DNA from: Candidatus Bathyarchaeota archaeon
GTDB taxonomy: Archaea > Thermoproteota > CALKCG01 > B24 > DRYS01
Assembly (NCBI GenBank): GCA_018396535.1
Contig: JAGTQC010000002.1
Coordinates: 32,001-96,000, forward strand
DNA length: 64,000 bases
Direction: 5' to 3'
Part shown: piece after piece, positions 50,042 through 60,769 of the stretch
Layout of the letters: every line of letters starts with the position of its first letter
Position numbering within the stretch: position 1 is the first letter of the stretch
The notes under the pieces: model-generated
Told to the model about the DNA's origin: nothing
The model's database searches: none
The model's input: only the letters and a program-made list of their open reading frames with translations
Translations under genes and position numbers: made by a program

Positions 50042-53000
50042 TTGAAGAGGCTATCTACTTTTACTACGATACTTACACTTTTATTACTATTATTTACGCA
50101 TATACTTGAACCTATACCTATGCATGGATATGATAAGATAGTTCCTCCACCTATACTTGATTATATCTCCAACCGTATGGAAGATTATAGATATCGCGAT
50201 AGTAATGTAACGATAATAGAGTTAACCGATAGCACCGGCCTCATGGATCTCTATTCATCTGGTCTTAGAATTAGGTATGTTTCAAAAACTATGCCGGTAG
50301 TCTTTGTCGAAGGTTCGAGTGATGAATTAATGAGTATTATAGGAAGTAGATACGTTAAGTCTATATGGCCTGACAGAATAGTGAAGCTTACAGACATAGA
50401 TATACTAGGCTGTAGATTTTCTCTATCAGGCTATAGAGTAATGCCTCTCAATGAGACGACGATTATGGTGAACGCTAATCTTTTATGGAGTATGGGTTAT
50501 ACTGGCAAGGGTGTACGTATAGCTATAATCGATACAGGCGTAAATAGTAGTCATCCAGACCTCTACTTTCCGAATGGCACAAGTAAGATAGTAGAGTCTA
50601 TTTCTTTCGTTGGAGAAGATGTGGAGGATAGGCATGGGCATGGAACAGCTATGGCGGGGATAGCTGCTGGTTCAGGGCTAGCATCTGATGGTAGGTTTAA
50701 AGGTGTTGCTCCAGATGCTCTAATCATAAACGTTAAAGCATTCAAGACTGAGGGGTTGGAGGCATACTCGACTATAGAAATCCTATTTAAGGCTTTGGAG
50801 TATATTGAAACTGTTAAACCAGATGTGATATGTGCTGCATGGGGTATATACCCTCCTATACCAGAGGATCACCCGTTTAATAGACTTATAAGAAGACTTG
50901 TAGACTTAGGAACAGTATTCGTAGCTGCAGCAGGTAATCTAGGTTACCAATGGACGGTAGTATCGCCTTCATCCACCCCATCTGTAATATCTGTAGGAGC
51001 TGCTACAAGGAGTGGGGTAGCGTTTTTCTCTTCTAGAGGACCTGATCCATATAGTTTGAGAGCTACACCTTTAGTAGTAGCTCCAGGTGTTAGGATAATA
51101 GCTCCAGGTAGCGGAGTATTATACGATAAATTCAGGTATGACGGATATGAGGGTTATATAGAGATATCTGGTACATCACCAGCTACAGCTCACGTAGCAG
51201 GTGTTGTAGCTTTGATTCTATCAGCTAAACCTTGGCTTACACCTCAAGCTATACTTGCTGGTTTAGTTGCTTCAGCTAAACCTTTCAAAGATGTAGATTA
51301 CACGGAGCAGGGAGCAGGCTTAGTAGATGCGTATAGTTGTCTCAAAGCGCTCGAGGAAGATTTACAACCGTTCGAGGTTAGAGTACCTGTAGAGTATACT
51401 AGCGGGCTTAGATCTATAACGCTAGATCGTAGAGGGGGAACTCCTATACTCGGTTCACACTACTATAAAACCTATGGAAACTACACTATGATAGGTAACG
51501 GCTTATTCCACTTGATACTTTCTGAGAAGGCTATGCTTACATGGCTATTCTACAGTAAGGCTAGGGTATTGGAGGGTTTATCCATATCGATCCTACCGAT
51601 CGATTCTGATAGATGGATAACATATGAGTCTATGAATACTACTACAGGTTTTAAACTAACTAGTTTTTCAGATAGATTGTGGAGCGGGTATGCGGATCTC
51701 GAGTATAAGGGGATAAGGATTCGTATAGAAGTAGCAATACCACTTGACCAACCATACATAGAGTTTAAGTTTTTAAAGACGAGTGGGGATGTAGAACTTT
51801 TAAACGTTACTCTAGCTCCTTCCATTATGCTAGGCTTCATAGAGGCTGCTTACCTAGGTGGGCTTGAAGGTATTATCGTATGGAGTAGGGATACATTTAT
51901 AGGATTAGCTTCTACTGATAAACCTTACAGTCATCTTCTAGGTAAATCTAGAGATGCTTATGCGGTTAACTCTGAAAACGTGACTTTGACGTTCAAATAT
52001 AGTGGAACATCTATCAAGGTCTATGTAGCTATATGCGATTCTTATAGGGAGGTAGCATCTACGCTTTCGATACTTACGGGTAGGGATGTAGCTGAAGCTT
52101 TCCTAAAGCCTATCGAAGTTATAAGGATATTACCTCCTGAAACATCCAGCGTTTTCAGAATACTCGTTAGGAATCTTGGGTCTAGTAGAGATGTGAGAAT
52201 CTCTATAAGGGTTGTAGGTCTACCTAATAGTAGTACCTATGAGTATAATATGTGTTACGATATACATCTAGATAGCTATACGGATAATCGTTACGAATTC
52301 CGTCTACCGAAGCTATCTATGGGGTTATACAGAGTTTACGTTGAGTTAGAGAATCTACCATGCGAGATCCATAGATCGTATGATAGACTAGTATTCGATC
52401 TATATGTAGGCTTATACCCTAGGATAGTAGTGTCTCTACCTTATATGATAGATGGTATCGAAAAGCCGTTCATACTCATGTATCCCGGGGATGTTGATTA
52501 TCTAAACGTAACTTTGATATCTTCAACTCCTATATCTTGGGTTAACGCTTACATTGTAGGGAATGCGTCACTAATACTCAGAGTATACTCGACTAAAAAT
52601 GTAGGTTTCCAAGTTTATACTTCCATATATGGTTACATACCAGATGGTTTAGAACCTACGATGTATAGTGGAAGCTTGGTATTTGAGAGTTATGGAAGTG
52701 TTATAGCCTCTGTACCTGTAAATATAAGTGTATGTGAACCTATAGCCACAGTTCTATGGCATGATAGACTAGATTTCATACCTGGTAGGAACGATTTATA
52801 CCTATGGTATACGGAGTTATGGAGGACTTCAGCTCTTAGGGGTATAAGGATTGTTCCTGCTAGCCTACATATAGCACAGCCTAAGAGAATCGATTTACTT
52901 ATACTCCCAGACCCATACTACGGATACCAGGATATACGTTCAGTACTAGACTACTTCTTAGAACGCGACGGTTCTGCAGTTATACTCGTAGGTCCAGCTA

Positions 53001-53887
53001 TATTTGCTCTGAAGTATGGCTATAGGATGATACTTGAGGAGTATGGGTTGAAAGCTGTTAAGGAGCCATATTTTAGGTGGAGTAATTCGTCTACTAAACT
53101 TGATCTATATGGTTTTGAAGAATTAGCTTCTTTGAATTTAACGGTAGTATATGGTGTATTTTTCGATGTATCTACGACTACTATAAGGGGGGCTGTACAG
53201 GTTATGTTTAGAGCTCTAGAGGTTGGCCCATATGGATTCCTTAATGTATCGAGTAGCTTCTATTCATCGTTCATCTGTAGGAGTCTACCAGATGGTAGAG
53301 TAAAATTATTCGTGTATTCTAGCGTCTATAGCTTCGATGATCTATGGTGTAGACTAGGCTATGAGGTTAAATGGGATATAGAGGAGGGGAGGCTTATAGG
53401 CTATGTAGAGCCTATCGAGAATGTTACTGCTAGGAATATAGATCTCCTAACCATTATAGCGTCTAGGTTATCGAATAAACCTCCAAGGATTTTATCAATT
53501 AACGTTCTAGATAGTAGGGTGGAACAAATGTTTGAATCCTATACGCTAGTAGTAGCTGCTAGGGATGAAGAGGGTGATGCTGGTAAGCTTAATGTTACAG
53601 CTAGAATAGAGAAGCCTAACGGTGTTACCGTCCATATAGGTGGATCCTATCTTAAAGATGGGATATACATCCTATACTATACACCTGGTATGAATGACCC
53701 AGTAGGGGAATATAATGTTGTAGTTAGGGTTGAGGATATGCTTTATGCCTATAGCGAGAGATACTTAAAGTTTGAGGTTATACCACCTATTCGAAGTATA
53801 CTGATGATTATTATTCTAGTAGGGTTACCATTCGCTATCATAGGCTATATACTCGGTAGAAGGGTTAGGTTGAGGATTCGCGAGTAG
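50042..53887 (+). CDS. large membrane-anchored S8 (subtilisin-like) serine protease
   Basis: signal peptide; IIDTG, HGHGT, AAAGN, SGTS; C-terminal TM plus basic tail. Confidence 0.88.
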   Translation: MKRLSTFTTILTLLLLLFTHILEPIPMHGYDKIVPPPILDYISNRMEDYRYRDSNVTIIELTDSTGLMDLYSSGLRIRYVSKTMPVVFVEGSSDELMSIIGSRYVKSIWPDRIVKLTDIDILGCRFSLSGYRVMPLNETTIMVNANLLWSMGYTGKGVRIAIIDTGVNSSHPDLYFPNGTSKIVESISFVGEDVEDRHGHGTAMAGIAAGSGLASDGRFKGVAPDALIINVKAFKTEGLEAYSTIEILFKALEYIETVKPDVICAAWGIYPPIPEDHPFNRLIRRLVDLGTVFVAAAGNLGYQWTVVSPSSTPSVISVGAATRSGVAFFSSRGPDPYSLRATPLVVAPGVRIIAPGSGVLYDKFRYDGYEGYIEISGTSPATAHVAGVVALILSAKPWLTPQAILAGLVASAKPFKDVDYTEQGAGLVDAYSCLKALEEDLQPFEVRVPVEYTSGLRSITLDRRGGTPILGSHYYKTYGNYTMIGNGLFHLILSEKAMLTWLFYSKARVLEGLSISILPIDSDRWITYESMNTTTGFKLTSFSDRLWSGYADLEYKGIRIRIEVAIPLDQPYIEFKFLKTSGDVELLNVTLAPSIMLGFIEAAYLGGLEGIIVWSRDTFIGLASTDKPYSHLLGKSRDAYAVNSENVTLTFKYSGTSIKVYVAICDSYREVASTLSILTGRDVAEAFLKPIEVIRILPPETSSVFRILVRNLGSSRDVRISIRVVGLPNSSTYEYNMCYDIHLDSYTDNRYEFRLPKLSMGLYRVYVELENLPCEIHRSYDRLVFDLYVGLYPRIVVSLPYMIDGIEKPFILMYPGDVDYLNVTLISSTPISWVNAYIVGNASLILRVYSTKNVGFQVYTSIYGYIPDGLEPTMYSGSLVFESYGSVIASVPVNISVCEPIATVLWHDRLDFIPGRNDLYLWYTELWRTSALRGIRIVPASLHIAQPKRIDLLILPDPYYGYQDIRSVLDYFLERDGSAVILVGPAIFALKYGYRMILEEYGLKAVKEPYFRWSNSSTKLDLYGFEELASLNLTVVYGVFFDVSTTTIRGAVQVMFRALEVGPYGFLNVSSSFYSSFICRSLPDGRVKLFVYSSVYSFDDLWCRLGYEVKWDIEEGRLIGYVEPIENVTARNIDLLTIIASRLSNKPPRILSINVLDSRVEQMFESYTLVVAARDEEGDAGKLNVTARIEKPNGVTVHIGGSYLKDGIYILYYTPGMNDPVGEYNVVVRVEDMLYAYSERYLKFEVIPPIRSILMIIILVGLPFAIIGYILGRRVRLRIRE

Positions 53888-54215
53888 CTAATACTTTAGC
53901 TATCTCCTGAAATAGCTTCATTGAGGACATATCTACTACAGGTATCTGACCTCCTCTAGCTATAGACTTGAATCTCTCATACTTTGGGCATTTAGTGAAG
54001 CAAAGCTGGCTTATGATAAACTCACCTGTCTCTATTTCATGCTCAAATGATTTTTCAGGTACCTCCATGCATATCAGATACCCGCTTACCCAGAAGAGCT
54101 TGGATACCTCCATAGTGGATGAACACCATATAAGCTCATCTTCACTCTTCCTATAATCTAGCCCTAAAATCTTAACCTTCCTACTTATAGCTAACTCTAC
54201 ATCCATCTCAATCAT
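53865..54215 (-). CDS. hypothetical protein
   Basis: 116-aa ORF with GGAGG upstream; co-oriented with 54230-54604. Confidence 0.65.
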   Translation of the reverse strand: MIEMDVELAISRKVKILGLDYRKSEDELIWCSSTMEVSKLFWVSGYLICMEVPEKSFEHEIETGEFIISQLCFTKCPKYERFKSIARGGQIPVVDMSSMKLFQEIAKVLATRESST

Positions 54216-54229
54216 CCTCCGAGATAAAT

Positions 54230-54604
54230 TTAGTCTTTCAAATGGAAGCCTAAAGCTTTAGCTACCTTCTTAACTCCTTCGAAGGTTACCGTACTCACCC
54301 CCTTAACGACTTCATCTCTTGTAGGCGTTATCATATAGCCCTTGTAGAGACCGGATACATTCCCTATATAAAATACTTGTAGGACGAATAATAGTAGGTT
54401 TAACTGACGTGCAGAGAGACTTCTGGAAAGTATCTCGTATTCTTCATCAGACATAGCTACTCTACGCATAAAGGATTCCTTTATACCCGTAGGCTCTTCA
54501 TCCATAGCATCTAGCACATCGTACACGGTTATACCGTATTCTTTGAGTAAATCACTTAACGCCTTCTTTAACTGCACATATTCGTAGGTCATCATCCTCC
54601 CCAA
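54230..54604 (-). CDS. hypothetical protein
   Basis: 124-aa ORF, GGGAGG before an internal ATG. Confidence 0.65.
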   Translation of the reverse strand: MGRMMTYEYVQLKKALSDLLKEYGITVYDVLDAMDEEPTGIKESFMRRVAMSDEEYEILSRSLSARQLNLLLFVLQVFYIGNVSGLYKGYMITPTRDEVVKGVSTVTFEGVKKVAKALGFHLKD

Positions 54605-54690
54605 TCTATGTTAGATTCGGATTAAGGTTATTAAACTATCGCAAATAGAGGGAGAAAACTTATAAAAGCTATTTCCAGTCTCTAGGATAC

Positions 54691-55485
54691 GTGAACCTGG
54701 TTGACTATCATACACATACATACCTATGTAGACATGCTGTAGGTGAGCCTATAGATTACGTGAAGATGGCTGTTTCTAAAAACCTGACGGAGATAGGTGT
54801 ATCTGATCATCTGAGCTTCTCCATACCGGAGGATTCCATACCCTTAGATAAACTGGAGTTATACGTGAATATGGTTGAGGAGGCTAAACGTCTATATGGT
54901 GATAGGATTAGGGTTAGGTTAGGCTTTGAAGTGGAGTACTCATATGATAGCCTTGATTCCATAGCTAGAATATTGGAATCTATAGATGAGCTAGATTACA
55001 CCTTACTATCGATCCATAAGATGGATGGATGGATAGTTAATAGTTCCAGATCTAGGGATAAATATATGGAGGTCGATCTATATAGACTGTATGAGAAGTA
55101 CTTTAATCTAGTATGTGAAGCAGCTTCATATAGATTATTCCAGATCGTTGCTCATATAGATCTACCTAAAATCTTCGGTTTTAAGCCTATTGAGGATATG
55201 AAGCCTTTATACGAAGACACCGCTAAGAGGCTTGCTAAAGCTGGTGTATGTGTGGAAGTTAATACTTCTGGGTTTAGGAAGCCTGTAGCTGAAGTTTACC
55301 CTGCTAGAGAGTTTCTAGAGATTTTAAGGAAGTATAATGTACCTATAACTCTAGGATCGGATGCGCATAGACCTGAGGATGTAGCGTATCGATTCAGAGA
55401 TGCTATCGATATGATATTGAGTGTGGGATACAAGTCTATATCAGTCTTTGAGGGGGGAAGGAGGATTGAGATACCTATCTTCTGA
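54691..55485 (+). CDS. hisK: PHP-family histidinol-phosphatase
   Basis: DYHTHT..C.HA, SDH, AHIDLPK, EVNTSG, GSDAHRP. Confidence 0.85.
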   Translation: MNLVDYHTHTYLCRHAVGEPIDYVKMAVSKNLTEIGVSDHLSFSIPEDSIPLDKLELYVNMVEEAKRLYGDRIRVRLGFEVEYSYDSLDSIARILESIDELDYTLLSIHKMDGWIVNSSRSRDKYMEVDLYRLYEKYFNLVCEAASYRLFQIVAHIDLPKIFGFKPIEDMKPLYEDTAKRLAKAGVCVEVNTSGFRKPVAEVYPAREFLEILRKYNVPITLGSDAHRPEDVAYRFRDAIDMILSVGYKSISVFEGGRRIEIPIF

Positions 55486-56086
55486 ATAGATTAATCCATA
55501 TCTTCATCCTCTCCATGTACGACCTGAATACGGGATCGTTATAGTATCCTATGAGTATCTTCCATGCATCCTCAACACTCCTAGATTCAGCTACTATACG
55601 TAGAAGCCTCATACAATCTATGAGAGCATTCCTTCTATGTTTAAGGGGGAGTTCTAATGCTAAGGGTAGCTCTATATCTACGAGTGAAAGTGTTATCGGC
55701 GATATAGAACCTAGTAGTAAGCCTGATTTTAGTTTAAAAAAGCTTGGTACACCCTTCTTCTGAAGCCTCATAGGATCTACCAATCTTCTAAGACTACTCT
55801 TTGCGTAGCCATGTATCTCTATATAGATCGAGGGTTTAAACCTCTTTATCAATCGTATAAGGTTTAACCCGGCTTCGGATCTGTAGAATGATATGTCTAG
55901 AGTAGTTCTGTAGTATGCGTCGAACGAAACCCTAGGTACGAATATAAAGCTGCCTACTATACTCCAGTCTACAGATCTAATCTTAGATTCTATACGTCTA
56001 GATACGATCCATTCACGTCCATGGAGGCCTCCTACTGCTAGCTTAACAGGTAGACCGCCTCCCTTTACAAGTATCTCCTCCATCAT
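55475..56086 (-). CDS. DUF2119-like protein
   Basis: GGLHGREW, YIEIHGY, KKGVP, LLGSISP. Confidence 0.65.
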   Translation of the reverse strand: MMEEILVKGGGLPVKLAVGGLHGREWIVSRRIESKIRSVDWSIVGSFIFVPRVSFDAYYRTTLDISFYRSEAGLNLIRLIKRFKPSIYIEIHGYAKSSLRRLVDPMRLQKKGVPSFFKLKSGLLLGSISPITLSLVDIELPLALELPLKHRRNALIDCMRLLRIVAESRSVEDAWKILIGYYNDPVFRSYMERMKIWINLFRR

Positions 56087-56200
56087 AGCTTTATGATTAT
56101 ATCCATACGTTAAGCTAAGTTTAACTCTGTATAGAGTAGAAATAATGTTAGCTTAAGCTTAGATATTGCTAGACTATCTAGCATTTAGGCGGGTTGCTGT

Positions 56201-56866
56201 ATGATGATAGCTGGTTTAGATGAAGCCGGTAGAGGATCGATTATAGGGCCTCTAGTCCTATGCGGTATATTGATCGATGAAGAGTGTGCAGGGAGTCTTA
56301 TAGGTATAGGTATCAGAGATTCTAAGCTGCTATCTAGAAAGCGGAGGATTGAGCTTAGAAATCGTATAATCGAGGTGGTAGCAGACTACTTTATAGTAGA
56401 GGTTCCTCCATCAGAAATAGATTCAGCGGTACGAATACATAGATTAAACGATCTTGAAGCTAGGTATTTCTCGAGTATTATAGATAGGTTGAAGCCTAGT
56501 AAAGCATACATAGATTCCCCTCTACGCAATTATAAGCGATTCTCGGATATGGTATCCTCATACTGTAAGTGGAGGTGTGAGATAGTAGCTTTATGCCATG
56601 CTGATAGAGATATACCGGTTGTATCTGCTGCCTCTATACTAGCTAAGGTTAGGAGGGATGAGATTATAGATAGCTATAGGAGTATGTATGGGGAGGTGGG
56701 TTCAGGGTATCCATCTGATGCTAGAACTATAGAGTTTCTCCGTAGATCTATGAGTGAAGCTGAGGCTGCCGGTATAGTACGCAGGAGTTGGCGTACCTAT
56801 ACATCGATTATACACAACAGGGGTAGACAAACAGTGATAGATGCCTATAGAGATGGTAAAGCTTAA
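56201..56866 (+). CDS. rnhB: ribonuclease HII
   Basis: GLDEAGRG, DSK, VSAASILAKV, GSGYPSD, PIP-like QTVIDAY. Confidence 0.95.
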   Translation: MMIAGLDEAGRGSIIGPLVLCGILIDEECAGSLIGIGIRDSKLLSRKRRIELRNRIIEVVADYFIVEVPPSEIDSAVRIHRLNDLEARYFSSIIDRLKPSKAYIDSPLRNYKRFSDMVSSYCKWRCEIVALCHADRDIPVVSAASILAKVRRDEIIDSYRSMYGEVGSGYPSDARTIEFLRRSMSEAEAAGIVRRSWRTYTSIIHNRGRQTVIDAYRDGKA

Positions 56867-56886
56867 TGTAATAGGATAATCGGAGA

Positions 56887-58236
56887 ATGGTTATCAGGTG
56901 TTGCATCTTGGAGTTTAAGATAGTAGGTGGATCCATAGTTACTATGAGCGAGAGAGGTATCATTAGGGATGGATGCGTAATCGTAGAAGATGACAGGATA
57001 GTGGATGTAGGATCTAGGAGCATAGCATCCAGGTATCATGGATACGAGGAAATAGATGCTGATAAATGCGTAGTTATACCTGGTTTAATCAACTGCCATC
57101 ACCATATAGCTATGGGTCTTCTAAGAGGTTACGCAGATGATCTAATCCTGACGGAGTGGCTTGAGAAATGGGTTTGGCCTTTCGAATCGAAGCTTACAGG
57201 CTATGATATATACATAGGCGCATTACTCACATCTACTGAAACCCTGCTATCAGGCTGTACGACCGTAAATACTATGTACCACTACTCATATGATTATAAT
57301 GAAGCTAAAGCTTTACTAGATCTAGGTATGAGAGGGGTTGTAGGTCATGTATGCTTCTCATGGCGTAGGGAGGATGATTTAAAGCTCATAGAACACTTAT
57401 ACAGGGTTTGGCATGGAAAGGATGGTCGTATAAGAGTTTCCGTGGATCCTCATGCATGTTATACCGTAGATCCGAACTACCTAGTCGAATTACATAACCT
57501 ATGTATAGAGTTTAACAAGAAGAATCCTGAAACTCCAGTTATACTTCATACGCATCTTGCAGAAACAGAGGATGAAGCTAATAGGGTTGAGAAGACATTT
57601 GGTGTTGAGACTGGTGGAAGCGTAGTAAGGTATATGGATAAACTAGGTGTATTAGACAGGTATACTGTAGCCGCGCATTGTGTACATTTATCAAGCGAGG
57701 ATATATCTATACTAGCTAGACGCAGGGTTAAAGCCGTCCACTGTCCTGTCTCAAATCTTAAGCTATCCTCAGGTATAGCTCCCATACCCGCTATGTTGAG
57801 GGAGGGGGTGCATATAGCTATAGGCACGGATAGTGTATGCTCACATAATCGTTCAGATATGTTCGAGACTATGAAGTTCGCTGCTCTGATCCATAAAGGT
57901 GTCTATAAGGATCCAACCGTTATGCCTGCTTCACTCGTTTTGAAAGCAGCTACGGTATCTGGTGCTGAAGCTCTAATGTGGAGGGGGCTCGGCGTTATAG
58001 AGGCTGGATATTACGCTGATATAGTAGTTGTAGATTTTCGTAAACCTCACCTAACCCCTCTATACGATGAATATAGCCATCTAGTCTATGCAGTTAGAGG
58101 TTCGGATGTAAAGTATGTGATGGTTAACGGTAGACTTTTAGTAGATAACGGATGTATAACTACTATAGATTTGGAGTGGCTTTTAGATGAAGCTATCAAA
58201 GCTAGAGATAGAGTGTTGGAGAGACTTCATAGCTAA
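56887..58236 (+). CDS. amidohydrolase (MTA/SAH deaminase-like)
   Basis: PGLINCHHH, HTHLAET, AAHCVH, SNLKL, GTD. Confidence 0.88.
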   Translation: MVIRCCILEFKIVGGSIVTMSERGIIRDGCVIVEDDRIVDVGSRSIASRYHGYEEIDADKCVVIPGLINCHHHIAMGLLRGYADDLILTEWLEKWVWPFESKLTGYDIYIGALLTSTETLLSGCTTVNTMYHYSYDYNEAKALLDLGMRGVVGHVCFSWRREDDLKLIEHLYRVWHGKDGRIRVSVDPHACYTVDPNYLVELHNLCIEFNKKNPETPVILHTHLAETEDEANRVEKTFGVETGGSVVRYMDKLGVLDRYTVAAHCVHLSSEDISILARRRVKAVHCPVSNLKLSSGIAPIPAMLREGVHIAIGTDSVCSHNRSDMFETMKFAALIHKGVYKDPTVMPASLVLKAATVSGAEALMWRGLGVIEAGYYADIVVVDFRKPHLTPLYDEYSHLVYAVRGSDVKYVMVNGRLLVDNGCITTIDLEWLLDEAIKARDRVLERLHS

Positions 58237-59702
58237 TAGAGTAGCTTAACATTATCCTGGAATCCGAATTTCTCTATTATCGAATCCGTTATCGCTGAGA
58301 CACCTAGATCGTATATCCTACGGAATTCTGAATCCTCGCTATAAAGGTTTACTATAGCATCTCTTATATATCTTCTCCCCTTATCATCCCTTATGTTGAG
58401 AGCTAGGAATAGGTATGATTTAGCTATCATAGAAAGTGGATCCCTTTCTCTAATCTTACCATCCCTAACTCCACGCTTATAGTTATCTAGTTTTGCTACA
58501 AGCTCATCAGAGTATAGCGGACCCTTATCCTTAACCTCTCTCTCTAGATAGTCTAAGACGGTATCGAATAACTCATCATATATCTGTCTTCTCCTAGATC
58601 CAGGCGGTGAATTATACAGTATCTCTAATAGGAGTTCGTAATATATACCTGAGATCTTAGTTTTCACTCTTCCACCTGTAGCTAGTCTTAACGTCTCGTA
58701 TACTCTTGCACCTTTCATAGATGAAGGCGTAAAACCGCTAGTCGAGTGTATGGATATAGCCGATCCTAGAGAGTTAGCTATAGCAGCTAGTATAGAGACT
58801 CTAGATCTAAGCTCATCTAGATCGCCTTTATAGTCGAGTCTCTTCTCGAATCCTATATTAGGTGCTATGAACTCTGCATGCCCTCCTCTTTCCCTCCATT
58901 CTCTCAGATAGTAGTATAGATCCTTAGCGGATGTGATAACGGGTGTTTCATCGAAAGCTATCTCAAAGCCGAATGGTCTACCATCCATCTTATCAACTAT
59001 ATATGAGTAGATTCTCCACGTAGTCTCTAAGCTATCTATGTACTTTATGGTAAGCTTTTTCACATCATCTGCGCTAAACTCTATAGTGTAGCATCTACCA
59101 TCTATCCATGGGAAGATAAACCTTCTACCAGTATACCTATAGATTACTCTAATCCTATCGTTATACTCTGGGATAGCCTCCTCAAACCTCCTATCCAGCT
59201 CATATCCAGATAGCTTATCTGCAGAGAAGTCTATCAAAGAGCAGGCGTCGATGGTGAAAGCGTTTATCTTAGATGTCTCGACAGCTTCATCTATCTCGCT
59301 GAAATTATACTTTATAGATGCTTCGATTATATCACCTCTCTTAATAGAAGCTTTGCTAACACCTATAATTCTGGAAACGGCTTCAACAGCGGTAACCCCT
59401 ACTATAAGATGGTCAGCTTCTATCTCAGCTACGACACCCTCCCTACCTGCATAGTACGATGCCTTCTCTATATACTCTGTTATAGAGGTGCCTGTATGAC
59501 CTATGGTTATATGGTATAGACCGGGAGCAGATTCTACAACATATCTAGGTGCTGTCTCCCTTCCAAATGATAGCATGAATCCGGCTGCAACCCTATGCTC
59601 TTTAAGAGATTTCAATATTCCAGGTAGAACTATATCTGGTATCCTTATACCAAAAGCTGGGTGAGGTAGGGAACCTAGATATCTAGGTGTCTCTATCTGC
59701 AT
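58233..59702 (-). CDS. uxaE: tagaturonate/fructuronate epimerase family protein
   Basis: EADHL, FTIDA, FEIAFDETP, APNIGFEK, SIHS, KTKISG. Confidence 0.7.
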   Translation of the reverse strand: MQIETPRYLGSLPHPAFGIRIPDIVLPGILKSLKEHRVAAGFMLSFGRETAPRYVVESAPGLYHITIGHTGTSITEYIEKASYYAGREGVVAEIEADHLIVGVTAVEAVSRIIGVSKASIKRGDIIEASIKYNFSEIDEAVETSKINAFTIDACSLIDFSADKLSGYELDRRFEEAIPEYNDRIRVIYRYTGRRFIFPWIDGRCYTIEFSADDVKKLTIKYIDSLETTWRIYSYIVDKMDGRPFGFEIAFDETPVITSAKDLYYYLREWRERGGHAEFIAPNIGFEKRLDYKGDLDELRSRVSILAAIANSLGSAISIHSTSGFTPSSMKGARVYETLRLATGGRVKTKISGIYYELLLEILYNSPPGSRRRQIYDELFDTVLDYLEREVKDKGPLYSDELVAKLDNYKRGVRDGKIRERDPLSMIAKSYLFLALNIRDDKGRRYIRDAIVNLYSEDSEFRRIYDLGVSAITDSIIEKFGFQDNVKLLY

Positions 59703-59764
59703 GGAGAGTCATCCTCCTACACAACATACCTAATTAACATTAGATATAAGTATTCCCAGCTACG

Positions 59765-60769
59765 ATGATAGAGGAGGAGGGATGTACATTGATATTTCTA
59801 GGTGTGGATGGCGGGGCGACTAAGACTGTAGCTATAATAGCTGATGAAAATGGTAGGTTATATGGGGTTGGATACTCGGGTTCTTCATCCCATCATTTTG
59901 TAGGATATGAATCTGCTAAGATGAATGTGCTTAAAGCTGTGGAAACAGCTTTACGCTATGCTGGTATGAGTTGGGGCGATATCGATGGTGTATGCTATGG
60001 GTTATCATCGGTAGGCGATACGCCTATGGATACTGAGATAGTTAGAAGCTTTGTATCAGAGATAACTCCTATAGATTTCATACTGGTTAACGATGTTGTG
60101 AACGCATACTACGCTACATGTCTAGGTGAGCCTGGGGTGGTTGTAGTAGCTGGTACAGGCTCTATAGCTTATGGTAGAAGCGGTATATACGAAGTTAGGG
60201 TTGGGGGTTGGGGTCAGCTTATAGGCGATGAGGGAAGCGCTGTCTATATAGCTAGGCGAGCTCTACAGGAAGCTACTAAAGCGTGTGATGGTAGGGGTGA
60301 GTATACGATTCTCATAGATCGCATACCTAGAGCATTAGGCTTCAAAAGTTTAGAAGAGGTTACGTTCAACTTAATGACGATGAAAATTAGTCTAATAGAG
60401 CTAGCTAGATTAGCACCAGTAGTAGCTGAAGCTGCTGTTAATGGTGATAGAGTTGCTATCGATATTTTGAAAGAATCTGGTAGAGAGCTGGCTTTGCTAG
60501 CTATAGCGTGTCTTAGAAGGCTTAGACTCGAGCACGGAATCGTAGGTGCTTCAGGAGGTGTATTCAAATCTGGAGCTTTAGTATGGGATACGTTTAAGTC
60601 TATTGTGAAAGCATCATATCCACATGTAGAGTTCACTGATCCAATATATGGATGGCAGCCTGCTGCAGGAGCTATAGTTTTAGCTGCATATAAGCACGGT
60701 ATACGTATCGATAGAAGAGTGTTAACTCGATTATTCGAAGCTATAAAGGTAGAAGAGGCTAAGCTATGA
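59765..60769 (+). CDS. BadF/BadG-type sugar (N-acetylglucosamine-like) kinase
   Basis: GVDGGATKT, VAGTGS, GGWGQLIGDEGS. Confidence 0.88.
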   Translation: MIEEEGCTLIFLGVDGGATKTVAIIADENGRLYGVGYSGSSSHHFVGYESAKMNVLKAVETALRYAGMSWGDIDGVCYGLSSVGDTPMDTEIVRSFVSEITPIDFILVNDVVNAYYATCLGEPGVVVVAGTGSIAYGRSGIYEVRVGGWGQLIGDEGSAVYIARRALQEATKACDGRGEYTILIDRIPRALGFKSLEEVTFNLMTMKISLIELARLAPVVAEAAVNGDRVAIDILKESGRELALLAIACLRRLRLEHGIVGASGGVFKSGALVWDTFKSIVKASYPHVEFTDPIYGWQPAAGAIVLAAYKHGIRIDRRVLTRLFEAIKVEEAKL

